Source: Paraspadella gotoi (Eukaryota; Animalia; Chaetognatha). From it: a DNA stretch of 64,000 nt. Both the position numbers and the translations under genes were made by a program. The notes beneath the pieces are model-generated. The model had not been told where the DNA came from. It did not search any database and saw nothing but the letters and a program-made list of their open reading frames with translations. Shown here piece by piece: positions 1-12,464 of this stretch (positions are counted from its first letter, which is position 1; every line of letters begins with the position of its first letter). The stretch spans positions 13,899,037 to 13,963,036 of the forward strand of contig CM119268.1 in NCBI GenBank assembly GCA_051294375.1, given 5' to 3'.

Positions 1-530
1 GTAGAAGTAAACCGATAGTAATGATATCTATACATAAAAAATGAGTGAGTCTTATCTTTAAGTATCTCTTTTAAAAATATTAAAATCTTTTCGCGTTTCA
101 ATTTGGTAAATTTTTCCTAGTAGCGGGTTTTAAAATGGTCACGCTGTAGTAGTTCATATCAGATAACGAGGAAATAGTAAAAGCTGACGGAATTTTTTTT
201 TTTTTCAATCGAACCAAAGTTCTACGGAATCGTTTTGTCCTTTGAACCCGCAGACGAGTCCTTCGGTCCTTGAAATCTGCCCACCTCTCTTAAAGAGGAT
301 CTTCAATGAGGCCACTTCCCTCTTCCCGATAATTTCAAGATTTCATTTTTTTCCTCTATTAATTGAAGTTGGACTTTGAATTTCCATTTTAATCCCTTCT
401 ACCTGCGCATTTAATCGAACTTCATAGCTTCACTTTTTTTTTCGACAAAGAAGGACATAGTTTGTGACGATGACATAGAAAAGGTTCCGACCCTTACATC
501 AGTCGCCTTCCTTTTCCAACAAGCAACGTC

Positions 531-1091
531 ATGAAGTGGCGCGCCCGCGTTTTGACGCTCGTGGCGACGGCGGGCGTCTTTTGCTTCGTTCTCTCTCTCC
601 TCGTCTTGCAGCACGAGCTCATGCGACCGGAAAGGGATCGCGGCAAAAACACGAACCGCAACGACATTCGAATCCAGCTACGTTTGGACGGCAATCGCGA
701 CGACAATAACAACAACGACGACAAAATGAGCGACTCCTCGCGACAGACACGAACTTCGGAAGATGGCGCCAAAAAAGAAAAAGCCAACGAGAGCGACGCC
801 TTGCGGATTCGTGTCGAGGAGAAAAAGGTGGATAAAGCCGCTAAGAAAACTGAAAGTGCAAAGGGCGCTGGCGGCGGCGAAGGCGGCGGCGGAGATGGTG
901 CCGGAGACGGCGGCGGAAACGACGAAGGCGGCGCTGACGGCGGTGCGGTTGAAAGGGGCGACCGACTCGGCGGCGGCGTGGAGGTTGTTGCGAATGCGAG
1001 AATCATTAAATCGAGAAAGAAAAAGGAAGAGGCTGAACGAGCGGAGGCGGAAGACGAGAATGTGGACGTCACCAAAGAAGAACAAATTAAG
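531..1091 (+). CDS. FAM20C: FAM20C exon 1 (signal anchor plus Gly/Asp/Lys-rich stem)
   Basis: ATG 531, hydrophobic N-terminus, donor AAG|GTGACT at 1091/1092 in phase 0. Confidence 0.75.
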
Positions 1092-2196
1092 GTGACTGAC
1101 ATTAAAAGAGTTTTTTTGCATTAATTACTAACTGGTTTTTTCGTTTTTGTTTCTTCTTATAAACGCTTATCCCACGTGAATAAAGTTCTTTGATTCTATA
1201 TGACGTCGATTAACGCGAAAACCGGTTGTCATGCGTCGTTATGTCGTCGTCATGTAACCAAGATGTCGCTCTTATGTCGAAGCGATGTTGCTGTGATGTC
1301 GGAAGGAAGTCGGCCCGATGTCTCTGTGTTCTCGCCTTGTTGTCGCCTAAATATCGCAATTATTTCGTCCTTTGATTATTTGAATTCTACCCATTCTCGA
1401 TATCCCGCTGTTCGCTTCTCGTAATCGTTGCTCTTTCGTTTACGATTTCGTTTGTCCTTAAATGAGAGTTTTCTTGGCTCAAAATAGTAGTTAGCCATAT
1501 TTATTGCTCGGACAACGACAACTTGCAAAACTTTCTTTATTTTTATCTCATAAGTATAATTTGGCGGCTTTTACGGTAAATAATTTTACAGTCANNNNNN
1601 NNNNACGACAACTTACAAAACTTTCTTTATTTTTATCTCAAAAATATAATTTGGCAACTTTTACGGTTAATAATTTTACAGTCACTGAACTCTGTGAAGA
1701 GAGTGCGATGTCCTCAGTCCTCACCTAATAAAATGAAGGGAAAAAGATTATATCAAAAAATTCTTATCAAATTTTTCACTCTTAAAACTTTAACGTTATT
1801 TTTAAATTTCTGCTTTTATTTATTTTTTTAATTTATTTTCTCATATTCTTATTTCATCTTAGAATACAACAAATTTTGATCAAGCTTTTTCGTTTAAAAA
1901 AAACTGTGGACTGACCGTATTTGTTCCCCAATCTAATTTAATTACAATTCCTCCTCTTTCCCAAGTAGAGTATTTAACCGATAACAACTTTTTAATAACG
2001 ATTAATAATAGCCGAAATAATTAGTCCGACTTCGTTATTCTCGTCGTCGCCGTCACAGTCGCCTAAAATCGTCTCCATTTTACGGTCCACCGCGCATTTC
2101 GGGCCTCGAGTAAAAGTGACTCGGTAAAATAATTCAATTTTCCGTTAAGAGTTTAAACCACCAATTTTCGGATTTCATTTCTCTCTCTTTCTCTTT

Positions 2197-2267
<71 letters not shown>

Positions 2268-2394
2268 TCTCACTATATTCCGCTTCAGCGAAAAATCCCG
2301 TAATTATCCTCTCAAGCTTGGGTGCAATTAACCAGTTTTTGATTTATCCGAACGTGTATTTATTTCGGCGGGAGATATAATCACTTCACTCTCA

Positions 2395-2464
<70 letters not shown>

Positions 2465-5400
2465 ATCGTTTCTTTCTGGGAGAAATAATCGCTTCTTATC
2501 TTTCGAGGAATTTTCTTCTGTTTGCAATTCGTTTATTTTGACTGCGAGGTCGACGCTTCAGAGACGGTGACAGAAATTTGAAGTTTCCCTCGGAATACGG
2601 CATTGAAAAATCGGATCGCGAAAATGTAAAACGTTAGAAAAAATAGAGTTTGAGTTTGAGAAGAACTTTCGACCGATGTCACGTCGGTTTTCTTTGCGAT
2701 TTAATCACCGGGGGAAAAAAAAGTCGCTTCAATTCAGTTGACAGATTTATTCCGAAGACCAGGGGTCAATGAACTTTTCCCTATGTACTTATTTCATGAT
2801 CCCGCTAAATTCAAGCTAAAATTCCACCCCTTCTTGAACACCACATCCCTGTCAGACCTTCGCACGCCGCCAACTCCGCCTGGAGGCGACGGAGCGCCGT
2901 CGAAGCCAATCGACGCCGCTCCTGACCGACGCCGAGTTTCAAGCGCTCAAGATCGGTCTCGATGTCGCCGACTCTAACGAAGAAAGCGGGGCCGGTGTGG
3001 CACCACGCCACTCCCGCGTCCCCACCCACATTCTCCTCCCCCCTTCCCCATCCACCCTACTTCCCGACGCCGCTCACGGTCTCCCTCTTCTTCGTAAGGA
3101 GATGCGGCGTCGTTTCGAAATCCGGCGTCGTCGAACGAGACGGAAAAAGGGCGCCGGTGAGACGAGGGCTTTCTCTCTCTTACTCTCTCTCTTTCTCAGT
3201 CTCACTTGCTCTATAATTAACTTATTGCCGATAATTAAGAGTTTATTTTCTCGTCGAGTCAAACACAACGAAAACATTGACAGAGACAGATACAGAGAAG
3301 GAGACGGAAAGATTGACGGAGACACCTGAAGCCTATAGAAAGATTTAAATGCTTTTTTTTCGACCAATTATTTACTTCTGAAAAAAAAAGTAAATTAGGC
3401 GTTTTTTCCATTTTTTATTTATTTCATTTCGCGAGCGAAAGTGGTTTGCATTCATTTTTCACGAGAGTTTACGTCAACAACGTCTAAAATTAGATATTTC
3501 CATTTCGTTCCGTATTCATTTAATTTCCTCTTAAAATTAAATTCCATTTCATTTTCATCTTTCCATTTCCAGCTTCGAGTTCGAGAGCGACGCCGGAATC
3601 GACGCCGTTCGAAAGATTCCACGCCGCAATCACGCGCTTCGCCCTCTATCGAGAATCTGACGCCAACGTTGACGTCATGTTGGCGCGGATGGCGTCGGCG
3701 CCGGTGTATGAGGCGAGGATGAAGTCCGGAGGGACGCAGATGAAGTTCGTTTTGACGTGAGTCGAGAAAGAAGCGTCCTTGTTTTAGTTTCGTTTTATTT
3801 TTTTTTAATTTTTTGTTTTTTGTTTTTGTTGTCAATACTTTGGTTCTCCGTTTTCATAACTGCTTGTCGTTGTTTCCTTCAGCTTCACAGTTTTTTTTTT
3901 TGACACTGTTTGTTTTTTCGGTTAACATTGATATTTTATTTATTATTGATTTTTATTTTTTTAATTACAATGACCACCCCCCCAACACCTCTCCAGCTTC
4001 TCCGACGGCGCCACCGCCCTTCTCAAACCCCAACGCGTCGCCCGCGACTACGAGACGCCGCCCGACGCCTTCTACTTCGTGGATCTCGAGCGCCACCACG
4101 CGGAGATCGCCGCCTTTCACTTGGACCGCTTGCTGGGGCTGAGGCGGGTCCCGCCCAACGTGGGCCGGATGATGAACATGACGGTTGACTTGCTGGAGCC
4201 GGGTTAGACGAGGCGCGGGATTTTCTAGAGCCTCCTTAGAGGGGCGGGATAGATGGGGCGGGATTTGCTGGAAAAGGGTAACAGGATCAGGGAAAATGAT
4301 GCCATTTAAATGGCGCAGATCAGACGGAGGTGGGATCGATAATTAACTCCCTATATCCAATCCCAGGTGACGTCAAGATGACGAAAAAGTTTTTCACTTC
4401 CCCCGCGGGAAATCTCTGCATGACGGGCTCCTGCTCTTACTACTGCGACACCGCCCACGCCATCTGCGGCAAGCCCGACGGCGTTGAGGCCTCTCTGGCC
4501 GTCTTTCTGCCAAAGGGAGAGGTTGAGCCGAGGTGGGTCGGGGGCAGAGCTGAATTTTTTTCTTTCGTATCTTTTGAATGTTATCTAACTTCCTTTTCTC
4601 GCTTAGACACGTCTGGCGTCACCCGTGGCGGCGGAGTTACAACAAACACCGGAAGGCCGCGTGGGAGACGGACGACGCCTACTGCGAGCGCGTGCGGGCC
4701 ACACCCCCTTACGACGCCGGCCGTCGACTACTCGATCTCATGGACATGGCCGTCTTCGACTTCTTGCAGGGAAACATGGACAGGCATCATTACGAAACGT
4801 TTCAGGTGTGATAGTCAAGTTTAAGAAGGCCGTATTCTTTTGTTTTTATATCGAGGCAATAGAGGTCGGTAAGATTCGTTCTAATTTTTGAAGCGTCGAA
4901 AAAAAACAAATGATTTCAAGATTTCAACGAAAGTTCTATTAACTGAAAACATACCTTGATAAACTTAATAAAAATATCGAAAACTCGGTATAAAATAATA
5001 GTAAATATGTAAATGAATTGATTACGATCGTTAAATAAATGATTCCTCTCCAGTCATTCGGAAACGACACATTCCCCATCCACCTCGACAACGGGCGCGC
5101 CTTTGGCAAACATCATCGCGACGAGGTCTCCATCTTGGCGCCGATCATCCAGTGCTGCCACATCCGAAGGTCAACCCTCCAATCGCTCGTGCGGCTGCAC
5201 GGCGACCGCGGAGGCGACGGTCGGGGTAATAAAAGGAGGAAACGATTTAGGATGATTGAATTTTTATTCTTGAATCCATTCTTAACTCCGTTTTCCACGT
5301 CCCACTTCAGCCCCTCTCTCAAAACTGTCCACCCTGATGCAAAAGAGTCTCTCCACCGACCCCCTCGCCCCCATCCTCGTCGACGGGCACTTAAAGGCCC

Positions 5401-5492
5401 TGGACCGGCGGGTCCGCGTCGTCCTCAAGGTCGTCGTCGACTGCATCAGCGACTTCGGTTGGGCCAACGTCGTCCTCGACGACGGACTGTGA
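531..5492 (+). CDS. FAM20C: FAM20C-like extracellular/Golgi serine-threonine kinase, 8 exons (531-1091, 2856-3156, 3573-3756, 3997-4202, 4367-4532, 4607-4805, 5054-5225, 5311-5492), about 656 aa
   Basis: Exons joined at GT-AG sites sum to 1971 nt in one frame ending TGA 5490-5492. N-terminal signal anchor [26 protein letters not shown]. Family motifs: [125 protein letters not shown]. Exon 2 and the exon 7 donor (5219 or 5225) are less certain. Confidence 0.93.
1515..1684. repeat. 80-bp direct duplication flanking a 10-N gap
   Basis: 1515-1594 and 1605-1684 are collinear with 6 substitutions. Confidence 0.9.
2180..2463. repeat. two (CT)n microsatellites in FAM20C intron 1
   Basis: CT runs at about 2180-2270 and 2390-2463. 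Confidence 0.9.
2856..3156 (+). CDS. FAM20C: FAM20C probable exon 2 (non-conserved stem)
   Basis: Acceptor ccctgtcag| and donor CCG|GTGAGA. The open frame [10 protein letters not shown]...RRKKGA matches phase 0 in and phase 1 out. No conserved motif, and a small internal intron is possible. Confidence 0.5.
3573..3756 (+). CDS. FAM20C: FAM20C exon 3
   Basis: ttccag| ... |GTGAGT; encodes [14 protein letters not shown]...[13 protein letters not shown]. Confidence 0.92.
3997..4202 (+). CDS. FAM20C: FAM20C exon 4
   Basis: ctccag| ... |GTTAGA; encodes [47 protein letters not shown]. Confidence 0.93.
4367..4532 (+). CDS. FAM20C: FAM20C exon 5 (Cys-rich insertion domain)
   Basis: tcccag| ... |GTGGGT; encodes [41 protein letters not shown]. 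Confidence 0.94.
4607..4805 (+). CDS. FAM20C: FAM20C exon 6 (catalytic DRHHYE)
   Basis: gcttag| ... |GTGTGA; encodes WRHPWRRSY...[17 protein letters not shown]. Confidence 0.95.
5054..5225 (+). CDS. FAM20C: FAM20C exon 7 (metal-binding DNG)
   Basis: ctccag|; encodes [41 protein letters not shown]. Two phase-1 donors are possible (after 5219 or 5225). Confidence 0.9.
5311..5492 (+). CDS. FAM20C: FAM20C exon 8 (terminal)
   Basis: cttcag|; encodes [41 protein letters not shown]...DDGL*. Confidence 0.92.
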
Positions 5493-6102
5493 AGGGCGGT
5501 GCGTGGACGGAGTGTTTGGGGGGAGAGTGCCTGAAGTGGTCCCGCGAGCGCGCAGGGTTGAGAAAGAAATAAGTCACGTCTCTTAAGAAGTTCAAAGCGT
5601 CGGCGAAACGTTGATACGCGTGACCAAAGAGTTGAGAATTTCTTTTTAAAAATATCCTTCATTTTCGATAATAGTTTCTGCTGTTGTCGTTGTTGTTGTT
5701 TCTCAATTGATAATTTGTCTTTCAATCTTGAATTTGTTCGAACGACAGAAGCCAAAGGTTTCTTCGATTATTTTAAAGAGAGTAATTAATAATGATGGTT
5801 GAACCCGTTTATTTTGACGGCAAGGAACTCCCTTGGCCTTAAATTTTTACAAACAAACAATTTCCAAAGATGACGAAACAGTCCCCCAAGCCAAAGACTT
5901 ATTTGACATTTTTCAACTGTTTCCGATTTCAAAATTAAATTATTTATTTATATACCGACTTTCTTTGTCTTTAGCATTAATTCGCACTTTTTTAATAATT
6001 TTATAATACAATTTTTTCGAACGATGTTGATACTTTAGTTTTTTTTATTTTGTACAATTATTAGTTAAATATATATATATATATATACGTATTTACAATC
6101 AA

Positions 6103-6108
6103 AATAAA
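6103..6108 (+). promoter_or_regulatory. candidate polyadenylation signal for FAM20C
   Basis: AATAAA about 610 nt after the stop, at the end of an AT-rich UTR-like tract. Confidence 0.35.
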
Positions 6109-6319
6109 ATTCCTGAGGACGCCAAGTCGGTCTCGAATAGGAGCCTAACGCAGCACGTTCTGTGTTCATTCCCGATAAACTTACCTCTAGGAAAATTTTA
6201 ATAGTAGTAGACTAGTAGTACTACTATTAGGTGGCGACCACTGAGAGCTATAACGAATAAAAACTACCGTCGACGTTATAACTTATAACTTAATACGTTG
6301 AAACTATTATGAATCGAAA

Positions 6320-6365
6320 GTATGTATGTATGTATGTATGTATGTATGTATGTATGTATGTATGT
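6320..6365. repeat. (ATGT)n microsatellite
   Basis: About 11 perfect units. Confidence 0.95.
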
Positions 6366-7241
6366 CCAATTTTCAAAAGTCAGAACAAATACATGTACAA
6401 TACAAATGAAAATAAAGACGAAGTCTTATCAACAACGATTTGATTTGTACTTTGTATATATCGGTATATACTAAGTACAAGAAATGTTTTGATCAGTGTC
6501 GACTCTCCACTGTCGCAACCTAAAAAAAAAAACAGCCACAACATTTCTCACCTTTTCTCTTTGGAACTGGATCGGTGAGCGAAGGTTATTCACGAGTTTC
6601 TCACCGTGAGACGAGATTATTTATCCATCACGAAAAGAGGAAATTCGTCGGAATCTCGTGGGATTTTGACCCGGGCGAATTTAGGAGGGAATCGGGTGAA
6701 TGTGAATGAATGAAAATAAGGGAGGTAAGGAGGAAAGGGAAATGGGGAAGAAAGGAGGAAAGGAAAATGGGGAGGAAAGGAGAAAAGAAAAATAGGGTCA
6801 AAAGGAGGAAAGGGAAATAGGGAGGAAAGGAGAAAAAAAATGGGGAGAAAAGGAGAAAANNNNNNNNNNGAGAGATTTTAGGTGAAAAAGAGATAAAACA
6901 ATTAATATGATGATATATTGTCAAAAATTTTTAATTCAGAGAGTTAAAGAATAAGAGAGTGTAAAAGAAAGAAACACTGAGATATAGATCGGGGGAGAGA
7001 AAGAGAGAGAAAGAGAGAGACAGACTCCACTAAAAAGCAAACGGCCGGAGCGAGACAGAGCGACGAAGAGACAGAGTCACGTAAACCCATTTAAACTCTT
7101 GACATTCTTGGCGCCGCGCCGCCAGGGAAGCGGTGCCCAGACGATCGAGAAAAAACGCCGGGCGGCGTCGTCTCGACCAAATATCGGCGCCAAATTGTTT
7201 ACGACCGACAGATGCCGGACGTGGAAGAAGAGTAGAGAGAG

Positions 7242-7297
<56 letters not shown>

Positions 7298-8211
7298 AGA
7301 AGCTAAAAAAAACTGGGGGGATGGGGGGGTAAAGGGTTCGACGCCGCGGGAGGGGCGCGCCTCTTTGAAGAGCGACGCCGAATCTGGCGTCTCTTTGATG
7401 ATGATCTTCAATTTGTCAGTCGACGACCCGTACGCAGACAGATGGACGGGGAGAGAGAAGAAAGAAAAAAGGATGGAGTCGACGGGCGGCAGAAAAGGGG
7501 GAGAGAGAGAGAGAGAGGAGAGAGAGGAGAAGAGAAGGAGAGGAGAGAGAGAGAGAGAGAGAGAGAGCAAGAGAGAGAGAGAAGAAGAGAGTAGAGAGAG
7601 ATAAGAATATTTAAAAATTACAAAAAATCTATTAGAGTTGATGGATGAACTGAATGAGAGGATTGAGACGAAAAAAAAAAACGAGTATCAGACGACGACG
7701 ACAGACGCACGACAGACGACGACGACGACGACGACGAAGTTTGAAAAAAAAAAACTCCCTTGTTATTCTCGCGAGAAACAGAATTCTCCCGCTGGCGCGA
7801 GAGTTGAGCAACAGGCGCTAACGCCGCAGACGACGCCCGCCTGCGACACAGACTATACCTGCTACATCAGAGAAGTGGCGAGCGCTGACGGGCGACGCCG
7901 CCAGCGATAACCCTAATGACGTTAATGGCGCCCGGCGCCATCAACCATTCTTCGACGCCCTCACGCGGAAAAGGCGGAGACGACCAAAGTTTTTCCTTCT
8001 CTCGAGATTCTGCGATGGTTTTCTCTCTCCGTCTCTTTTTTCAATCTCGAGGAAAAAAAAAAAGCAAGGACAGGTTTTCGTTTTAAAAATTCATGAAATT
8101 CAGATCGTCGCTGTTCTTTTCGAGGCCAAGCGGGAGAATTAATGGGACTCGCTCTCGCTTTCACATTTTGTTTGAGTGAAATAGAAGGAGGGAATGGAGA
8201 GGAGAGAGAAG

Positions 8212-8242
<31 letters not shown>

Positions 8243-8289
8243 GAGAGAGAAGAGAGAAGAAGAGAGAGAGAGGAGAGAGAAGAGAGAGT

Positions 8290-11200
8290 CCAATGGGCCC
8301 CGAGTGGATCCCGGGTGGGAAATATTAGCCCATTGGGCCCCAATCTGGGGCAATTTTGGCAAATGGGCCCAAAGTCGAGGGTTGGCAAATGGAGGGGAAA
8401 TTGGCGTCCTGGGGAGTAGAGTGTGCCGGGCCGACATGTTAGAACGCCGTCGTCGGGAAATGAACGCCCGGTCCGAACGAAATGAACCCCGCCCCGGTCG
8501 GTCCGAATGAACGGCCCCCGGGTTAATGGCGGCCTGTCTTGGCCGGACCCTCCAACGTTTCTTTGTCTTGCCTTCATATAGTGTCACAGTGTCCGAGGTC
8601 CAAAAAATTTTTTCGGGCCTCGTCAAAACCATTTCCCTGTTCGGAGCGCTTTTCCCGAATTTATAACCTGGAACAAGTTCTTCTATCTTGTCATTACACA
8701 CCTTGCTAATTTCGTTTTTTTTGTAATTTTTCCCCTTAAGATTCCTGTCCTCTCCGTTTGACCCTAATTCAATCATTACAAAAGAAGTCCAATGCCCGGC
8801 CCATGTTCAAACCAATTCGGATTTAAGTATTTAGGATTTTTTAGGTTTAAACGAATTAGGTTAGAACTTAGAATTGGGAATTAGGTTAAAGAATTAGAGA
8901 TGAAGGGATTAAGGGTTAGTTTTAGGTTTAGGAAATTACGGTATGGGTCCTGGTAATAGATTAGGGGTTAAAGTTTAGGGATTAAAGGAACAGAATTGGG
9001 GCGAGAAAGAGTTATCTCTTTAAAGTGAGATCAGGTTTTCTTCAAATAAAGTTTCGGAACATCACCGGTCATCGTCGTCCAGTTTCGGTCGTCATCGGTC
9101 TTCCATCGTCCGTCCGTCGATTATGACCTTTGTAACCGGATAAAATTGTCATTGTCTTATCTTTCCCTTAGTTACGTTCCCCATAATCATTTTCTGTCAC
9201 GTTCCCCTTAATCTCAATTCTCCCGATTTCCTTTGTCCGGGGCCGTCCCTTATGTCTCGATATACTTTCCCGAGTTCCCCTCTCGTCCACGGTCCCTTCC
9301 CCTTCCCCCCGAAAGGGAAAGCAAAAACGTCCGGGGAAAGGTAAACCACGCGAAAACTTTTCCGAGCTTCCCGGTTCGACCGGGGGGAGGCCGGGACTGA
9401 GGAGCCGTCCCCGAGCGGATTCCTAGCCGGAGGAAGAAGAGCGAGACGCCGAAGGAAGAGGAGAAGGGAAAGTGCCAAAGTGGGAGAACGGGAAAGCCCC
9501 GGAAATTTCTAGACGAAAAGTCCCCCCAGGAGAAAAAAAAAGGAAGAAAAGGAATAAAAGAATTATGGGGAAAAAGGAAGGTTCAGGGGAGAAAAAAAAG
9601 GAGGGAAAGAAAGATAGAAGACATATTTCTCTTCGTCTCATTTATTATTTCAAAGGCCGGAGAGAAAAATAGGACAAAAGGAAAAAATCGGAAGCGAAGC
9701 GTGGATGACGTTAAGTTATGAGGGAGAGAGAGAAGGAGAGAAAGAGGAAGGGAGTAGTGAGTAAGCGATAAGACTGAGGGGGGCATTGGGCCGTTGCGAC
9801 GGCTCTATTCCGTCCGGGAAAATTCCGATTTTAAATGATCTCGGGACATGAGAAACAAAATAATCTTTCTAAAATTTGTTCATTCGCTAGGATGTATTTA
9901 GCGGGAATGAAATTCAACCGTGGACAAATTCATATTTCCCTCTTTTTTATATAAGTATGAAACGTAATAAAAACTCTTGACGAACGTGTTAAATGTAAAC
10001 CCAATACCAACTAACTCTAATTGGTTTAACCGACTTTTAAGAATAGAAAGAATTAATCCGTCCGTGACAAAGCGTAAAGCTCAAAAGTCCGTGAAACCAT
10101 CTATCACAGTTATGGCGACCGAATACTTTTAGCTATTTGCCTCTTATACGTTATTTTACATTTACTAAACAACTCATATGGATTATATACAACCGGGCGC
10201 CCACCGAATTTTTTTAACTAATTTTCTGTTTTTTACCAATGGAAAAAAAAAAAAAAATCATCTTCAGGGGGTTCTGCTAAAATTTTACTGAGGAAAAACC
10301 ATTGTATGACCGAAAACCGGACGGACGACGACGAACACGAGGGCGACATTTCAAACGTGGGGCCCGACGAACGCGGCGAAAAAAAACTCCGTTATTTATG
10401 GATCCTCCTATTAATTTCCTTGTCGCTGGAACCAAAGTCTTGCTTCGTCGTCGTCGTCATCGTCCTTCGGCTTTCGTCGTCGACATCGTCATCCCGCCGT
10501 TTTTCCTCCTAGCTCCGAGTATTAATTCGAGCGTTTCATTTCCTTGGCTATCACGACAATCCATATCATACATATCAATCATCATCATGCGAATGAAGGG
10601 CATAGGACATGTTCACACCAGAGGGAGCGTCTCTTTTTTATTTTTTTCTCATTCGTTTTTATGGGAGAATGTATATGTTCTATAGTGGTTTTAAACTTAC
10701 GCTGGGCTGCGGGTCGCGTTGGCGCCGGGCGTCGGTCGTCATCGGTCGCCGCATTATTTCGGCGGCCGCGCGTGGCTTATGGGCCCGTGTATATTGTAGG
10801 AAAGACTGACGTCATGCCACAGTGGGAGAGATTTATTTTTCCCCTAGATTCTTCCCGAGTCCAGTGGGGCTTAACCCTGCGAGGTGGGTGCTTAATGTTT
10901 GGAAATGCGACAACCACGCGGCGGGACGATTCACATGGGCTTGGGAAGTTCATCACTATCCATGGCGCATGCCGTGGCACAATAATGTTTATATCACATA
11001 GCTTTATTAAAAAAATTTAATATCAATTTCATGCATTTTCATACTACACATGGCATGTATAATATGGGGGCAAGAATCTGTCATTAGACAGGGGGCTGTG
11101 TTTGCTGGCTTTTCCCTTCTTTCCTGTGCTTCTTCTCTCTAGAGGCTTCTTCACTTTCCTGGGTCCATGGAAATGGGCTGGGTGTTTTTGTTCTCTTTTT

Positions 11201-11330
11201 GGTTTTTTTTTCTTCTCGATTTCAATTCCAACCCCATGTCATGCCCATTGCGCGGAGACACAAGATTCTCAACTGAGCGACAGTATTCTCGTCCGTCCTC
11301 CCTTCCCCGTCCTCCCCCCGCCTCCGTCAT
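8290..11330 (+). repeat. noisy direct copy of about 13865-16312
   Basis: Shared anchors, e.g. caagttcttctatcttgtcattacaca (about 8673 and 14228) and cagaattggggcgagaaagagttatctctt (about 8990 and 14517). This copy has many homopolymer insertions. Confidence 0.9.
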
Positions 11331-11334
11331 CATG

Positions 11335-12464
11335 CTAGCCGGGGAGACTCCGCTCATCGTTTATACGTTGATGCTGTCCGGACGGAGACCCGACCGACTT
11401 GCACCTCTTCATCGTACCTTGCATCGACGTTTTGGCGATTTCGACTGAGACAGTTAAAGCATAAATAATAATGAAAATTATATACACATCTGATATTTTA
11501 TAATTTGATATTCCACAAGAGCCCACAAGCGAAAGACGCGACGACAATTGCATTGTCATAAGTGTCCCACGTTTCTGAAAAACAGATTACACAATTGGTA
11601 AACTCAGAGTTAATGACCAGTTGATGATATGGTATGATCGCACGATTTAAATTCTAAATCAACGACATCTATGATTGGGCGAATGATCGGATGTGGAAGA
11701 TGAATTCAGGAGATGAAATCGGTCGATTAAAAATAGTAAGAAGAATCTAAGAAAATACCTTGTGTGGTTGACTTGGTCGGGCTGTCTATTCTCAAAGACA
11801 CCCGAGAGTTGACGAGCGAACGGACTGCGACGAATTCACGGATCATGACAACCTCCCTGAAATGTGGATGATCGTACAGTCGTGTGATGGGGTCGGAGGT
11901 CTCCGTCAGATAAATGGAATTGCAACGAAATGTATGAATGATATAAATGATTGTCGGTGAATAAGCCAAGGAAACGCTCCGATAAAACTCGGAAGCTTAG
12001 AAAACGGCGATGACCGAATGTCGAAAACGCCAGACTGAAAGCGAAGACCGATGAACGGAGGCGACGACGACGGGAAGCAAGCAGCTTTTTTGGGGGTCCA
12101 GCGAACTAGAATATATTCAGGCATCCATCCAATAGACATCCCGCGGAGTTTTTTTCCCCGTCGTCGTTATTTGAATGCGCTCGTCGTCCCGCTCGGTCGG
12201 GCGGTCGGTCGTCGTGTCAACCAATCCGTTTTTCTCCTCAGAAATTTGCCTTGACCGGAGATTTTTTTTTTTCCAATTGTAAAAAACAGAATTTAGTTAA
12301 AAAAAAATGCGGGCGTTGTATAACCCAATATAGAGTAGTGTTAGGTACAATGTAAATAAAACCGTTAAAGAGCCATGCGAAAAGATCGGGTCGCCATTGA
12401 ACTGTGGTTGATAGGATGGTTCACGCCGGACTTTTTGAGCCCCGACTTACGCTATGTCGGAGCT
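11335..12464 (-). repeat. noisy inverted (fold-back) copy of about 15515-16355
   Basis: ccgctcatcgtttatacgttgat (about 11350) is the reverse complement of atcaacgtataaacgatgagcgg (about 16316). Collinearity continues to the 25-N gap at 12465. Confidence 0.85.

Noticed and set aside
2738-2977. [12 protein letters not shown]... as FAM20C exon 2
   Set aside because: It has no good phase-1 donor to join exon 3. The 2856-3156 frame fits both neighbours.
7767-7776. TCTCGCGAGA palindrome (BANP-type motif)
   Set aside because: A single occurrence in noisy CpG-rich sequence with no linked gene start.
11285-11340. Possible sequencing hairpin adapter at the fold-back point
   Set aside because: The tract aligns better to the genomic (TCG)n run at about 16270-16312, and no clear adapter sequence is present.
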